Source: Paraspadella gotoi (taxonomy: Eukaryota > Animalia > Chaetognatha). From it: 64,000 bases of DNA. The stretch lies in contig CM119264.1 of NCBI GenBank assembly GCA_051294375.1, positions 26,908,755-26,972,754 on the forward strand, written 5' to 3'. Shown here piece by piece: positions 26,629 through 40,306 of this stretch (the first letter of the stretch is position 1; every line of letters begins with the position of its first letter). A program made the position numbers and the translations under genes. The notes below the pieces were generated by a model. The model had not been told where the DNA came from. It saw only the letters and a program-made list of their open reading frames with translations, and searched no databases.

Positions 26629-29519
26629 ATCAGTCCAAAATTACCGTCTAAATCCTTGAAAATGTCGACATATGAACGACATGGAATACTTTATGCGACG
26701 ATTCTACCGTACCTCTCGTCATTTGGAAACGGAAAACCCAATGTGAAACTTTTGGATCTCCGACGGGAAACGCATCAGTACCCGACTCCTAAATCAATTC
26801 TCAAGTCTCCAAAAACGAGTTCAAAACTCCTGTGCCGGACATTTTGACGCCCACCAAAGTCTCCTCTCTAATGTACCCCACAAAGCTGACATATCGTCGT
26901 CCTCGCCAAATTCTTCTCCACGCCTAAGATGGCACTTTGACACAACTTACCGAATTCTCACTCAAACAAATCCGTCCACCTTTTCATCAAGGTTAGATCC
27001 CTATTGTTTGTTAACTTAACTTTATAATAATATTATTTTGTTAAATCATTTAGAATGACTCAGAAGATTTCGTAACCTGTCATCCGAATTTGACTCGGAC
27101 AAAAACACGCTCATTCAATCCAACGTCAAAACTAGCAGTCGTGAAAAAGCACGGTCTACAACAACAACAAACTTACTTCAACCGATATGCCGGCCAATTT
27201 GATGACATAGGTGATATTTTTTTTAACATAATAAGTTGCTTACAAGAAACTCAATGAAATTTAATCTTAAAAATAAAACCTTTAACATCATTAATTTTAA
27301 ATCATCTGTTACTAAGGCAAACTGCCAGACACGAAACGGATAGAGCAGAGACGTCGCATGAAGCGCTGTACCGAGCTGATTATTCCGCGGAGAGTTTCGG
27401 GAAAGGGCGCGTTAAGACGCAAGAAAGAAGTTCGTTTCCTGTTGCTCGCTTGGAAGAGGAAGCAGCAACTTCTCGTAAAGACTGATTTCTTTTTACTGAC
27501 AATTTCATTCTTTCCGCTTAATCTCAAATTCGCGAGCATATTTTTCCCAACTATTTGTTACCAGAAGCATCTTTTAACGCTTTCTTCTCTGTTCAAGCCG
27601 ACAAAGCACCACCGGTGCCACAAGTTCTGATCAATTTTTTTGTCGCGTATGTTCGCGAACTTTAAACTGTTTTTTCGAACCTGCCTTTAAAAACTGTTTT
27701 GCGGTCATAGTCCTAATTATTGACTGTGATAAAAATATCACACCTTATTTCAGAGAAACCTATAAATAAATTCAAGATGGGTGACGTCGAACTGATCGAT
27801 GACCTTGGAATATCATCTGGCGGACGAGGACAGCTCTCATTATATGACGATTACTCAGTCTCCCGAGTCCCTGACGCTCGAGGTCTGTCAAGATGCCTCA
27901 ATGGTTTCAATTAACAGATATTACACATTACAAATTTGAGATAAAACTTAGTAATATTTTTCTCAGTTTTGGGTCTAACATTTGGAGTCAATTCCCCTCA
28001 TTTGATATTGGAAATATGATTGGAAAGGAAAACATCATCTGAAGGACTGAGGAGGTAAAATAAATTTGAATATAAGCTTGTTAATAATCTTTAAAATAAT
28101 CACATAAAAATAAAAAAAATAAAAAAATATAATAATTCTATACTCAGGCGATGCTACTGAAAAGCGACGCATCTACAAAGATAACCAAGCTCATCCAACA
28201 CCGAAGAAATGTCATGAAGAGACGCCATCGCTTGCTTTCACTTGATAACGAAAAAACGTCTCTGCCAGCAACAGAAGGATTGCAATTCTTGAAGAACCTT
28301 TTCTGCTCAGCAGACTGACGTCGGCCGACGATGACAACGCGCGTACAACTCGAAACAAACCCTGCCCATGATGGCGTAACCGCGGTTTCAGATTCCCATT
28401 TTAAAGTCCGCGATGGGAGAGATGACTCCATTCCGTTGATCGTCGGAGGTCCCGACGAAAATTTACTTTCAAGCCCGGCATAAACTAAACTCCATCTCAA
28501 AAGAAATCGCGAGGGCATCCTACGAGGTGGAAACGAGTATCGCGATGCAATCCGGGTATGACTCCCGAACAGTTTGACAAATATCTTTACGATACGTTTG
28601 GCTGGAGAAAATGTCCACTTGCCTCCTAAATCGCGACTTTCAAAATCCAATTGCGAAACTTTTCCTTACAAATCCTTACATCCTTATCTTACCCTACGTC
28701 CAATCCGACTGGTCATCCCGTATCCTCACGTTATGTGCCTTCTCAAAAAAACAAATCTAAACCAAGTCAACGTTCATTTTCAAAAAAACATTTCAAACCT
28801 CATGACTGTCGAAAATCGCGCGCACGTCGAATGGAAGCGTACAGAGAACAACGAAACTTCATGTCGATCTGAAAACGAAAGATTGAGGAAAGAGAAAAAA
28901 GACTCGAAGTTACGTTCTTGAAGAAAAAGAAAGGGAAAAAGCTGAACTCTTGAAATGACCACGAATACGAAAAGAACAAGTTGATTTTGAAACATCAGAG
29001 GGAAATAGAACGGAATTGGAAAAAGAAACTTAATCCCTCAGTGTGAAGACAAACGGGAGTCCTCAAGAGTTGCCTCTAAAATCTTACAAAACAAAGGCAC
29101 TCGTCCAGCTGCGTCCACGAACTTTACCCGCCAAATCTCAAATCACCTCTTTCGCCCAATATCCGCTAATCAGCTACTATCCACGTTGCCTCTAAACGCG
29201 GAAGGCTATGGTGAACAACAAACTCTTCCTCGCTCTTAATCCGATGCGCGGCGCTCGCAATAAAGCGGTCCAAATGTATGGACGACATAACACAATAAGT
29301 TCCGACCGAACCTTTATAAAGGTAGAAAATTTTGAATTCTGCCGCCTTTGGTTGCATTGTTCTTTTAAAGCCATCAAATATTTCCGCGGCCCCGTGCCAC
29401 TTGATTATAAATATTTCTTACGTCATCAACGTAAATTTTTCTCCATTGACAAGGGGCGTAGATCACGCGCGCAGAAAAACAATTTTATTGCCATTCAGGC
29501 AAGTGTATTGGATAAATAA
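26629..29519 (+). pseudogene. Decayed multi-exon gene of unknown function inside the BEL element
   Basis: Moderate-GC blocks alternate with AT-rich 60-110 bp GT..AG segments (26992-27053, 27211-27316, 27475-27564, 27647-27753, 28055-28147); broken ORFs; no recognised domain. Confidence 0.4.
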
Positions 29520-29967
29520 TGATATTGAACCTGGTATGCAGTTGCTTTATCACCAAATAAATGAAGTTCAAAACACACCGGGGTCTATTTTTTAATTATA
29601 TTACAAAAACGTCACAATCTGATTCATACATTAAATATTAAAGAAATATCAAAAGTATTAGTTCAGCCTAAGTCTTTAGTATGTTTAGATGACGTAATCT
29701 TCAAGAACCAAAAACGATATATTCCAGTTTGCCCTGATGCTGAACAGTTGCAGTCCAAGTCGCAGAGCATGCTTACGAAAAAGGTGTGAACCTAGAAATA
29801 CAATAGATAGCTAGCTGTTAGTTTAAATGTTCACTGGTCTAGTTAGTCAGCTGATAGTGTATGATGTAAATATTGATACTGTGCTATTATTTTACTGTTG
29901 CAAAATTATTTATTTCGGGAAGCCCCTCGGAAGGTTTCACTAGATAATCGAGGTCGAATGGGCGGGG

Positions 29968-30410
29968 TGTTAAAAAACCTTTCACGGCGCTTCCCGAAAC
30001 CTCATTAACGATGTTAAGTTATTGGTATTATCTCAATTTCCCTCGATCTCCTCTACGTTATAAATATGATTCTCAAATTCCTCCGCGCTCCTTCGATCGC
30101 GCTCGCGTGCCTCTTCCTCTTCCTCCTCCTTCTCCATATTCTCCTCTTCTTCCTCCCCTTTCCTCCGCGGACGCTGTCGTGCCTCCATGGCATCAGTTTT
30201 CTGCTTTCCTCTCGATTCGCACCTCCGTTCTCGATTATTATTTTTAGTGTTTATTGGTACCTTGGAATCCGAGGGTCATACAAGTAGGTTATTAAATAGT
30301 TAGTAAATATTTAATCGAATTCTTACTGTTTATAATAAATAGCTTAGCTAATTATTATAAATTGCTCGATTGCTAGTTATTGATTAATCGTTTTTACTTC
30401 AGGGCTTTTC
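29968..30410 (+). mobile_element. Putative 3' LTR of the BEL element
   Basis: TG start after the PPT, TATAAATA ~30059, AATAAA ~30334. The 3' end is approximate and no partner LTR was seen. Confidence 0.5.
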
Positions 30411-30592
30411 AACCTATCTCATCGCTTTTTTGTCTTTTACTCTACTACATTTAATACAATACAATGTTAAAAGCATTCCCTCGACTTCATTCCTTAGATA
30501 TTATTCACTTAGAACTCGAAAAGTCTCCACCTCACGGTATTTTCGTGACATCTACTTTGAATACGAGGAGGAAAAGGAGAAAGACGTTCTTT

Positions 30593-30639
<47 letters not shown>

Positions 30640-32161
30640 TCTCTCTCTCTTCTCTCTCTCTCTATCTCTCTCTCTCTCTCTCTCTTTTCTCCTGCTCTGT
30701 CTCCCTCTTTTCTCTCTCTCTCCTCCCTATTCTCTCTTCTCTCTTCTCTCTCTCTCTCTCTTCTCTCTTTCTCTCTCTCTTTCTCTATCTCTCTTTCTCT
30801 CTCCTCTCCCTCCCCCCTCTCTCCCCCATTCTTCCCACAAAAGCCCAAACCGCGAAGGTGGAAACGATGGATGGCCCAAAGTGTCGCCGGCATCGAGCGT
30901 CGACGTTGCCGGTGCAAGTTGCCGGTATAACGTCGTCGATACGTGCTTTTTATAAAAGTTTNNNNNNNNNNNNNNNNNNNNNNNNNTAATTGACTGCGTT
31001 GAGTTGACAATTGACGCGTCACCATCGTAGCGTCCCGTCGTGCGACCTAAATTTCTTTCCTTCCCGTCGTCAAAAATTATCGTCGAATGACGTCGTCGTC
31101 GTCGTCGAAATATATGCGACGTCATCGGAAACGGTCGTCGCGTTACCCCGCGGGGAGAGAACGGTGAGAGGGCGTGGCAGATCCCTCTCCCTCCATCCTC
31201 CTCCCCCCCCAAAAAAAGGGGGGGCACCGTTAATGGGGTTGGAATCCGTCGTAAGCCTTTTCGTCTGCTCTTCCTTCCCCCCCCCCAACCGCTCTACACC
31301 CTTTTTTGTCTCTCTCGGTTCTAATTCCCTTCGTCCATCCGCGAAAAGCGAACGGATTAGTCGCCACCTGGGGGGGAAAGACGTGTGGTTGCGGATCGTG
31401 GGTGGGAAATCGTGGATTGTGGGCGGCGTGAATTTTTGGGTGATTTAAAAATTGTGGATTGTGTAGAAATTTTGAAATGATGGATTTGGGGGAGTTCTTT
31501 AAGAGGGGCGGATTTGGGAATGTGACGGTGATTTAGAAATCGTGGAATAATGGCAGTGTGGGATTGTGGAAGTTTGGAACTCGCGGATTGTGGGCAGCGT
31601 GCATAGACTGGATAGTGGATCCTGGGGATTTAAATATCGTGGATTGTGAGAAGTAAGGTTTTTTATTTTCCATTTCTTTCCTACAATTCTGTATTTTGTG
31701 ACTATTGTTTTCCTTAAAATTTGGCACTTCTGTCTTATCTCCTATTATATGAAAAAATTGAAAGATTTATTATTTTACTATATTAGACATCATTCTTGTT
31801 AAGAAGTCATTTATTGAAAATTTCAAAAATATGTACAACAAGTCTGAACAGAAAGGGTGGAGAGGATTTGTTATGGGATATCAGGTCATTGGATATTCAT
31901 TATTATTGAGGGTTAAGATTCAAAAGTAGAATCGTATTTCTGATATATGAAAATCCACGATTTGAAAGTCAAGATTTATTTTATCGGATATCGACGTCGT
32001 CACTTTCGTCGTCGTTTTTCGTCGTCGCTCGCTTTTGGTCAGCGACGCGACTTAATCAATTACAGTCGTCGCGGATTTAATCCGAAAGTCGGAAATCGTC
32101 CCGTCGATCAATGACGTCTCGTCTGATAGCGTCGTTTGCCGTCGTCGGGCTGAGCGTCGGT

Positions 32162-32199
<38 letters not shown>

Positions 32200-33779
32200 A
32201 GGAGAGAGAGAGAGAGAGAGAGAGAAGAGAAGAGAGAGAGAGAGAAGAAGAGTGTAGTTGGAGTCTGAGGGCGATTACATTAATGAGGCGCTTTGATATG
32301 GGATAAAAGCAAATCAATAAATGGGATGTTTCTCTTGGGGGACGTGATGACGACAGTCATTGTAATTTGTACGACGACGTATGTTCGGAAGACTTTTAGC
32401 TTATTTGGCTTATTAGCTTTATTGCGCTGTATTGGCTTATTGGCTTATTAGCTTTATGGCTTATTGGCCTTATTGCTCGTCACTCGCATCATGTGAATTT
32501 CTCGAAGAGCAAAAAACGTAGCTTATCTTGTTACACTTTATCGATATTGTTGATGTAACTTTTTTCCTTAGCTACCTCAGTTAATTTGATTTATAATTTT
32601 ATAGGCAAAACTAATGGTTTATTTTGACGTTAATGCGGATTTAGGCTCCGCAGTATAAAACAAATATTTCACCATCATTTATCGAAATTTCCCCATAACT
32701 TTTTGTCGGAGCAAATCGGGAATTTAGATTTAGATTTAGATTAATTAAGAATCAAAAGGTTGTGCTAAAAACAAGATAAGCGTTCCGAGCGATGGGCACT
32801 CGGAGCTCTATCGATCTAAAAAAAAGTTAAAAGGAACCCAAAATGTAAAGTAGCAAAGTGCCACTACTCTAGTGGCAAGTAGTTATCGCCCATCGCGACG
32901 CCATCGACGGAGTAAATGGCACCGAAATTCGTCTGACGAAGAAAAAAAAAGTGGGCGTGGCGAAAAACGGCGCCTTTTTTTTCGCCCCGACGCCCACGTG
33001 GGGTGAGGATCGGAGGCGGCGATGCGGCGGCGGTGCGGCCACGATTCGCTGCTGCGGGGGTGCTTCGGTGCGAGTCGAACGTGGGAAGATTGTCTGTAAC
33101 TAAAGATGATAAATTCGTTAGTAACTTTTAAACGCTGGATTGGTAATTTGAGAAATGAATGGGCGCCTTAAACGAACTGCAAAGTAAAAAAAAATCGCAC
33201 TTTGTCGTGGTTATATTTCATACCCCGCTTCTCCTCCAAGAATTGGCGCCACCTGTGGCCCAGGAGGTAGCACCATCTCCTCTCAACCGAGAAAACTCGG
33301 GTTCGCGCCTTTCTGATTCGCACAAGAAAGTACGACCCACCTGTCGTGACGGACTACAGCCCGTGTGTGCAACGGACGGTGAACTGCTCGCGGCATCGTC
33401 TTCCAGACTGGCATCACAGGCAACCCGGCTGTGATTAACTGAGATTCAGTAAATTCAGCGATTTTGTGAATATTGAAAAAAGTTGTCAAAAATCTTGCCT
33501 TGCTTTTTGGTTTAACAAAATAAATGTAAAAAAGATGTGAAATCACAATAAAACTTCCGGCTAAATTTTAATTTAAATTTAGATTTTCATGAAATTTGAA
33601 AATAAATTCAACGATTGTAGGTGCATTTTTTTTCCAAAATCGCCCTAAATTTCGTCTTTTTTTTTTCCGAGTCTATTTATATTTTGAGTAAATTAATGTT
33701 TTGATTTCTCGGTTATGAGTTATCGGTGGGCGTGAGGTTCGTTTCAGTGGGCGGGACGACCTAATGATTTTGGGTATCA

Positions 33780-33837
<58 letters not shown>

Positions 33838-33999
33838 GGGCGTGGCCCCGCCGCCGGCGCCTTCCATGGGCCCGATGCGAGACTAAAAATTCGATTTGGT
33901 TTCGTAATCGAGACGAAAAAGGCGACGACGACGATGACGACGAAAATGAAACGAGGACCATGCCATGCTGAACGTCAACCACCATGGCAAACATTGGCC

Positions 34000-34230
34000 A
34001 ATATTTTCACCACAGCCGCCATGTGAAACGGCAGCCACGAAGACAAATCGAACCACTTTAAACCAAAGCCAATAAATAAAACGGCTGCCACCCTGTTAAA
34101 CCTCTACCATCATGTCAAACCGCGGCCACAATATTAAACCTTTACCGTCATGTCATACCGCTGCCACCATGTTAAATCTCCACCGTCCGTTCGAACCGCG
34201 GCCACCATGTTAAACCTCTGCCGTCATGTC
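34000..34230 (+). repeat. Degenerate ~39-bp minisatellite (gccaccatgttaaacctctaccgtcatgtcaaaccgcg)
   Basis: Tandem units visible. Confidence 0.75.
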
Positions 34231-34941
34231 TTACTGAAGCCACTTTGACCCTCTCATTGAATTCAGTTTTTTCCACCCAAAAAATGTTTCGCCTCCACGA
34301 ATCCAGTTTCGCTCCGACGCCAATGGGCGAAGAGAGAGTTCGTCGTCGTCATCCTCATCGTCGTCGTCGTTGTCGTCATCATCATCCTATTCTTCATCGT
34401 TGTCATCCCAGTCGACACAGAAACAAAGCTGTATTCGCCGATTATTAATGTTATTGTCATTTTTACAATTGTTAGACCCAAAAACCTTTGTCATCATTGC
34501 CATCGACAGAGTCTTAGCCGTCATCTTCTAAAAAGATCGATTTAATCTCATTTCAGCCAATGAGCAGATTGGGTTCGACTCTACGCCGTCGCTGACGTCG
34601 TCGTCGTTGTCGTCGTCATCTTCGTCGTCATTGGATTTGTTTCTGCGGATTTTTCGCTCCTTCCCCTCCGGCTCATGTTCCAGTGTCTTCGTAAAAATCC
34701 GTGTCAGACTCTCGTTCGAGTTTACTCTCCGTTTTCGAGGTCGTCAACTCTGTTTTTCTTGTTGTTTTCTCCTTTGTTTTGGAAAACGTTGGAATACGTC
34801 GTCCTTAAAGGGGATTTGGCGTCGTTTTCGTCGTTGTCGTTTTCCTCGTCGTCTTCGTCGTCGTCGTCGTCATATTCGCTGTCGTTTTCTTTCTCTACAC
34901 TAACCTTTTACGTTCTTGCTTTCTTTTTCCTCTCTCCCCGT

Positions 34942-35320
34942 TTTTAGTTACGCCGCGAGGACTCGCGGAGAAACTCTATAAGTCACTTTTCGGTCGGTCT
35001 GTCGGTCCGTCGATATGTCTGCCCATTGGTCAGTCCCACTTACGTTTAAAATACGTATAATTCGCTTTTAGTTGGTTGTTCATTTGTTTAGACAGAAAAA
35101 ACCTCAAATCTAAGGGACTGCTATTGCCACCTTCAGGAATTCCTAAAACTAAAGATGAAAGACAGAATTTTGATGCAGTGCATGTTATAAATACATAAGC
35201 AAAAAAGTTATTTAGTCATGTTATGTATATGTCATATCATGTCATGTCACCGAAGGTAAAATACACGTGAAAATAAAGTCACTGCGGCGCAACACATTGG
35301 AATTACCGTTATTGTTTTTT
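34942..35320 (+). mobile_element. Helentron-associated (HINE/DINE-1-like) non-autonomous element
   Basis: T-rich ends, subterminal IR (AGTTRCGCCGC ... GCGGCGCAAC), internal (GGTC/GTCY)n microsatellite, conserved 3' end GAATTACCGTT.TTGTT; five copies in the window. Confidence 0.7.
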
Positions 35321-35519
35321 CATACATATATCCACTCCATCTTTTAATTATTTCCCATCACTCTCTTCTTGTCTCCCTCTTTCCTTTTTCTATTTTCCTC
35401 GGTCTTTCTTTCTTTCTTATTACTTTCCTCCGCATTCTTCTCTGTCACTATTTGTTTTAATTTTTCGTCCCATTATTTTATCAATCAAATTCAAAAAATC
35501 TTTTCCACTCTTTATCTCC

Positions 35520-36065
35520 CCTTTTTTTTTCTTTCCTCCCTTTCTTCCACCTCCGAACTCCTAAACTCTCCCCTTTTTTCTTTCCTCCCTTTTCTTCCAC
35601 ATCCGAACTCCTAAAACTCTCCCTTTTTTTTCTTTCCTCCTTTCTTCCATCCTCCGAATCCTAAAATCTCCCCTTTTTTTTTCTTTCCTACCTTTCTTCT
35701 CTCCGACTCCTAACCCCCTTTTCTAGCCTCCCTTCCACTACTCCTAACTACCCCTTTTTTTTCATTTCCTCCCTTATTCTTCCCACCTACCGAACTCCTA
35801 ACTTCTTCCCCCTTGTTTTTTTTTTCTTTCCTCCCTTATCTTACCACCATCCGACTCCTAAACTCTCCCCTTATTTTTTCTTTCCTCACTTTCTTCTCCT
35901 CCGAAACTCCTAAACTCTTCCCCTTTTTTTCTTTTCCCTTTCTTCCACCTCCGAACTCCTAAACTCTTCCCTTTTTTTCTTTCCTCCCTTTCTTCCTCCT
36001 CCGAACTCCTAACTCTCCCCATTTTTTTCTTTCCTCCCTTTCTTACACCTCCGAAACATAAACTC
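35520..36065 (+). repeat. Pyrimidine-rich minisatellite, ~48-bp unit (ccgaactcctaaactctcccctttttttctttcctccctttcttccacct)
   Basis: Tandem units; the middle copies look like noisy sequence. Confidence 0.85.
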
Positions 36066-36152
36066 TACCGCTTTCGTGGGTTTGCTGTCCGCGTTCGCCA
36101 GAGGAACATTAACTTTTTTTTGCCTCGTTGCTCTGTTTTTTATATAATCGGA

Positions 36153-36188
<36 letters not shown>

Positions 36189-36991
36189 TTCTCTCTCTCT
36201 CTCTCTCTCTCTACTCTCTTCTCTCTTACTCTTTTCTGCCTGTCTGTCTCCCTCCCCCTCTTGTTCTCTTTTTCATTTTTCCCCAAGCTTTTCAGTATCC
36301 ATTTTCACTCTTGTGCTCCGCCTCGATGCCAGCGTGGGTTTGCTCTCTCCTCCTTCTCCGCCTCTCTCTCGGTCTCTCTCTCTCTCGTTATCTCTTCACG
36401 TCTCTCTCTCTCTCGTCTCTTCTGTCTCTCTCTGTCTGTCTTTTTTCTCTCTCCTACTGTTTCTTTTCTTTCACCAGTTTCTTAATCCTTTCCTTCTCGT
36501 CTATATTTCCTTTCACACACGTCCTCCTCCTCCCACTGAGTTCTCGTCCTCGCTGCTCTTTCGTCCGCCTCTCTCTCTCTCTCTCCTCTCTCTTTCTCTC
36601 CTCTCTCTCTCTCTCTCTCTACTTCTTTCTCCCTCTCTCTCTCTCTCTCCCCTCTTTTTGTTTTTTTGTTTCAACATTTTTCCATAAGAGCCCTCCGTCT
36701 CCAGGGCGACCGTCGGCGGAGGCGGTTCAATTCAAATCTTCGTCGCCAAATTGAATTAACCCGCGCGAAAGTAAAACGAAAACAAAAGACGTCGTTTTCG
36801 CTCGTTTTCGATCAACGACGTCGATTGCGCCATCAAAGGCTCTGGAATTGCAGAATCAAGAGAAAATTTCATGCGAATGTTATTGACGATTAATTTGGTA
36901 AAGAACCATCGAGAGCTTTCGCTCGACTGGACGTAATTTTGCGGACCGTTTCGATAGTATTTATCGTCTGCAGTACATGAAATTGCTTTCA

Positions 36992-37122
<131 letters not shown>

Positions 37123-37569
37123 CCATCTCCACTCTCTTCCCCTTTTCTCTCCTCACGATCTTTTTCCCTTTGACCTTTTTCTCTTTGTATCTCCCTCCCC
37201 CACCTCCACCGTCTCAGTCCAGTATCCACTTCCCTATCTCCCCTGCCCGACCACTTCTCCACCCCACTCCCCTCTGCCCGTCACTCTTGACCGACGCCCG
37301 ATCCATTTCCTCGCCCGTCTCTCGATCGCGACGCCATCTTCGTCGCCGACGCGAAGACGAGGATTTTCGAGTCGCGATTCTCGGGGCGTGACGTCGTTTC
37401 CGGTCTGGCGAGCGGGGGAAGGGGCGTGGAGAGAGAGAGGGGAAAGAGGGAGAGAGGGAGAGGGGGGAGGGGAGAGGGGGAGAAGGAAGAGAAGGGAGAG
37501 GGAAGAGGGAAAAGTGAGAATGGCAGGGCGAGGAAGAAAGGCGAGAGAGAGAGAGAGAGAAAGAGTGAT

Positions 37570-37649
<80 letters not shown>

Positions 37650-37829
37650 AAAGCAAGACGCTCGTCCGCCAGGGTCAAATGGAGGTCATCGACTTTACGC
37701 CGCGAATATCGATTCAGTGAAAGTGAAACGATCTCTCGTGACGACGACGACGACGACGACGACGAAGAAAACGTCGACCTCGGGATCTCATTTCTCGTTA
37801 ATTTCCGAAAAGCGACTCGTCTTGTCTTG

Positions 37830-38280
37830 TCGAGCCAAGATTTAGCCTCGATCAGAGATTTAAAAACTATCCAGGATTTAGATTTTTAGTTGAGTGCTTG
37901 AATTTAGTTGACACAAGATCTAATCCCGATCTAAGATTTAAAAACGATCCAAGATTTAATTTAGTGAATTAATTTAGTCGAGCCAAGAATTAGCCTCGAG
38001 CTAAGATTTATAAACGATACAAGATAAGTTAGTCTTTTTAAATTTAGTTGAGCCAATATTTTTAGTTGAGTGCTTCAATTTCGCCGAGTCAATTTTTAGA
38101 CTCTAATTAAGATTTATTTGTCAGCTAAGATTTTGATTAGAGCTTAAATTTACATATTTCGCTTCATGCTGAGATTTATTTGCGACTTAAGATTTACAGA
38201 CTTATTCCCGAGCAAGATTTATCCTATGCTCAAGTTTAGGCTTAGTCCTAAGCCAAAATTAATCCAAGAGCTAAGAGCTT
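37830..38280 (+). repeat. Degenerate tandem repeat built on agccaagatttag-like motifs
   Basis: Recurrent AAGATTT / GAGCCAAG motifs. Confidence 0.6.
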
Positions 38281-38653
38281 AATTAATATTTTGTAGTCTA
38301 CAGTAGAATCAAGATTTGGTCTTCATCATAAGCATCATCACTCCATCTAAAGCAAGACCCCGTAATTTCTAATCGTAGAAAGCCAACTCAGTTGAGCAGC
38401 CGAATCCAAGAAAGCCGGAATGTCTTTTGATGTTTATCAATGATGTTAGCAATGGGTTGTCTTTCGTTTTTTTAATGAGACGTTCAACAATTGGATAGTT
38501 CGTCAGTTAGTCAGTCTGTCTATATCTTTCCACAATAAAAACAACAACAACGACCAGAACTAAATTGAAGCCGAGATTTTTATCGCCTCCTTAGTCTTTC
38601 TTCCCGATTCTCAATGGGAAGAGAAAGATTGGAGGTGGAACGACCCCAACTTT

Positions 38654-38695
<42 letters not shown>

Positions 38696-38796
38696 TTTGT
38701 AGTCAAAAATTTTCTTTCTTTTTATTTTCTCTTCGGCCTTTTTCAACAAATGGTGATCTTTTCTTCTTCAATTTTCTTTTTACTGCATCATAATCT

Positions 38797-38866
<70 letters not shown>

Positions 38867-40306
38867 CTCTTTGTTTCCCCGTTTTCTTTCTTTGTGTGTA
38901 TCTCTGACTGTCTCTCTCTCCCCACTTATCAGGTTTGTAAGAGATCTTTTGAAAAAATAGTCCGTCTTCTGGATCATTCACTTTTTACGGAGTGGATGAT
39001 AAGAATATCGGATTTGCGAAAGAATTCAAAGAGACTACTTCCGCCGGTTTTGGGTAAGTTCATATCATTTCTGGGGCAAGTAAGTCGCCTTATAGCGGGA
39101 GTTAATCTCTTTTGATATATTTTCTTGTTAAATTATTAATTCTTTTTGTTAGTTTTCCTACACAAAAAATACAAAATATCTGTAGTTTTTAATATTTAAT
39201 TTTATGACAAATTCTGTAGTTTCGGTAATATTAAAAAATATGCCCATCAGACTCCCAAATTAACCCTTACCTTTTTGCACAGGATTTTCACTCTTCCGCC
39301 ACTTCTCTTCCCCCTCCCTACTCCCCCGTCGCCTTTTCTGTCTTCGCCCGCGTCTCACGTCGGGACTTCACACGTCCGCGCGAATCACAACCCTCACACT
39401 TATTGCCTCGCGTTACTTCATCGACGTCGTCGTCGTCGTCATCCGATCCGAGCCAACATCGCTTCTAACGGTCGATCGCCATCGCCATCACGATCACGAC
39501 TAAAATCGCAACACATCGAATCGGTGAGTTTATTAGTTTTAACTAAAACGTCCTGTGAACTTGGCAACAAATCACGAGATGGTCACTGGTTCCTGTCCTT
39601 TAATTATTACCCTTGGTGAAAGGAATAATGCGAGCCTTTCGCATCGTATCCTGTCGTGTCTTTCTAGTTTGAAATTTATTACAAATGTCGAAGATTTTGT
39701 TTTATCATAGTTTCCTATCCTTAAGTAACGGGGTTAAAAAAAAAGCCTTTTTATTAAGCGGTTATCAAAATGTTTTTTCAAACAATGTGAGAGGAAGAAG
39801 CAAGAAGGAGATTGCGAAGAAGAAGAGGAAAAAAAAAAGAAAAGGAAGTAGATTGAAGAGGAAGAAGAAATTGAAAAATGGTTTCGATTCCGAGGGAAAA
39901 AGTCACGTGGGTTTTTCTTTAGTCCGCCCTCAACTCTCCTTTTCGCCTTACCAATTTGGTTGCGCTCTCTCTCGCTCTCTCTCGCTCTCCTTCGCTCTCT
40001 CTCTCTCTCTCTCTCTCTTGTGGCCACCTCCAAAAAACCGACATAAAAATGAAAAATTTTAATATCTATGACTTTAAAATTTATGGGTGAGAAGCTATGG
40101 TTTATTTTTTATTTTTTACTTAATTAATTTTCTTACTACTTCAATTCTTGAAATAATTAATTCAAGTTTTATTACGTACCACCGACTCAGATACGTACCA
40201 CCGACTCAAATACTCGACAGCAGTTTAAAACGATGATCATTTTAAATCAAAGTCATCTATTTTTAAACTAATGCAGACAAGAGTTAACAAGATTTCAGTT
40301 TTACGA

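Larger units (their letters stand above)
23620..30410 (+). mobile_element. Decayed BEL/Pao LTR retrotransposon (RT end, RNase H, integrase, extra 3' region, putative 3' LTR)
   Basis: Frameshifted motifs in BEL order: DPLG ~23846, WDDEI ~23908, IPRW ~23985, SD-ASFDGYGMTAY ~24043, IPK-ELTA ~24207, RHVP..PAD ~24430, CLTCKK ~24809, VSDNGTNFV ~25832, GGVW-ER ~25979, LNRRPLTY ~26096, FWRRWS..EY..LQ..KW ~26272. Polypurine GGGCGGGG is followed by TGT at 29968. No gag or 5' LTR was found. Confidence 0.9.

Noticed and set aside
32472-32800. Possible MITE (gcttatcttgtt / aacaagataagc inverted 12-mers)
   Set aside because: Outer ends too degenerate and no TSD; insufficient support.
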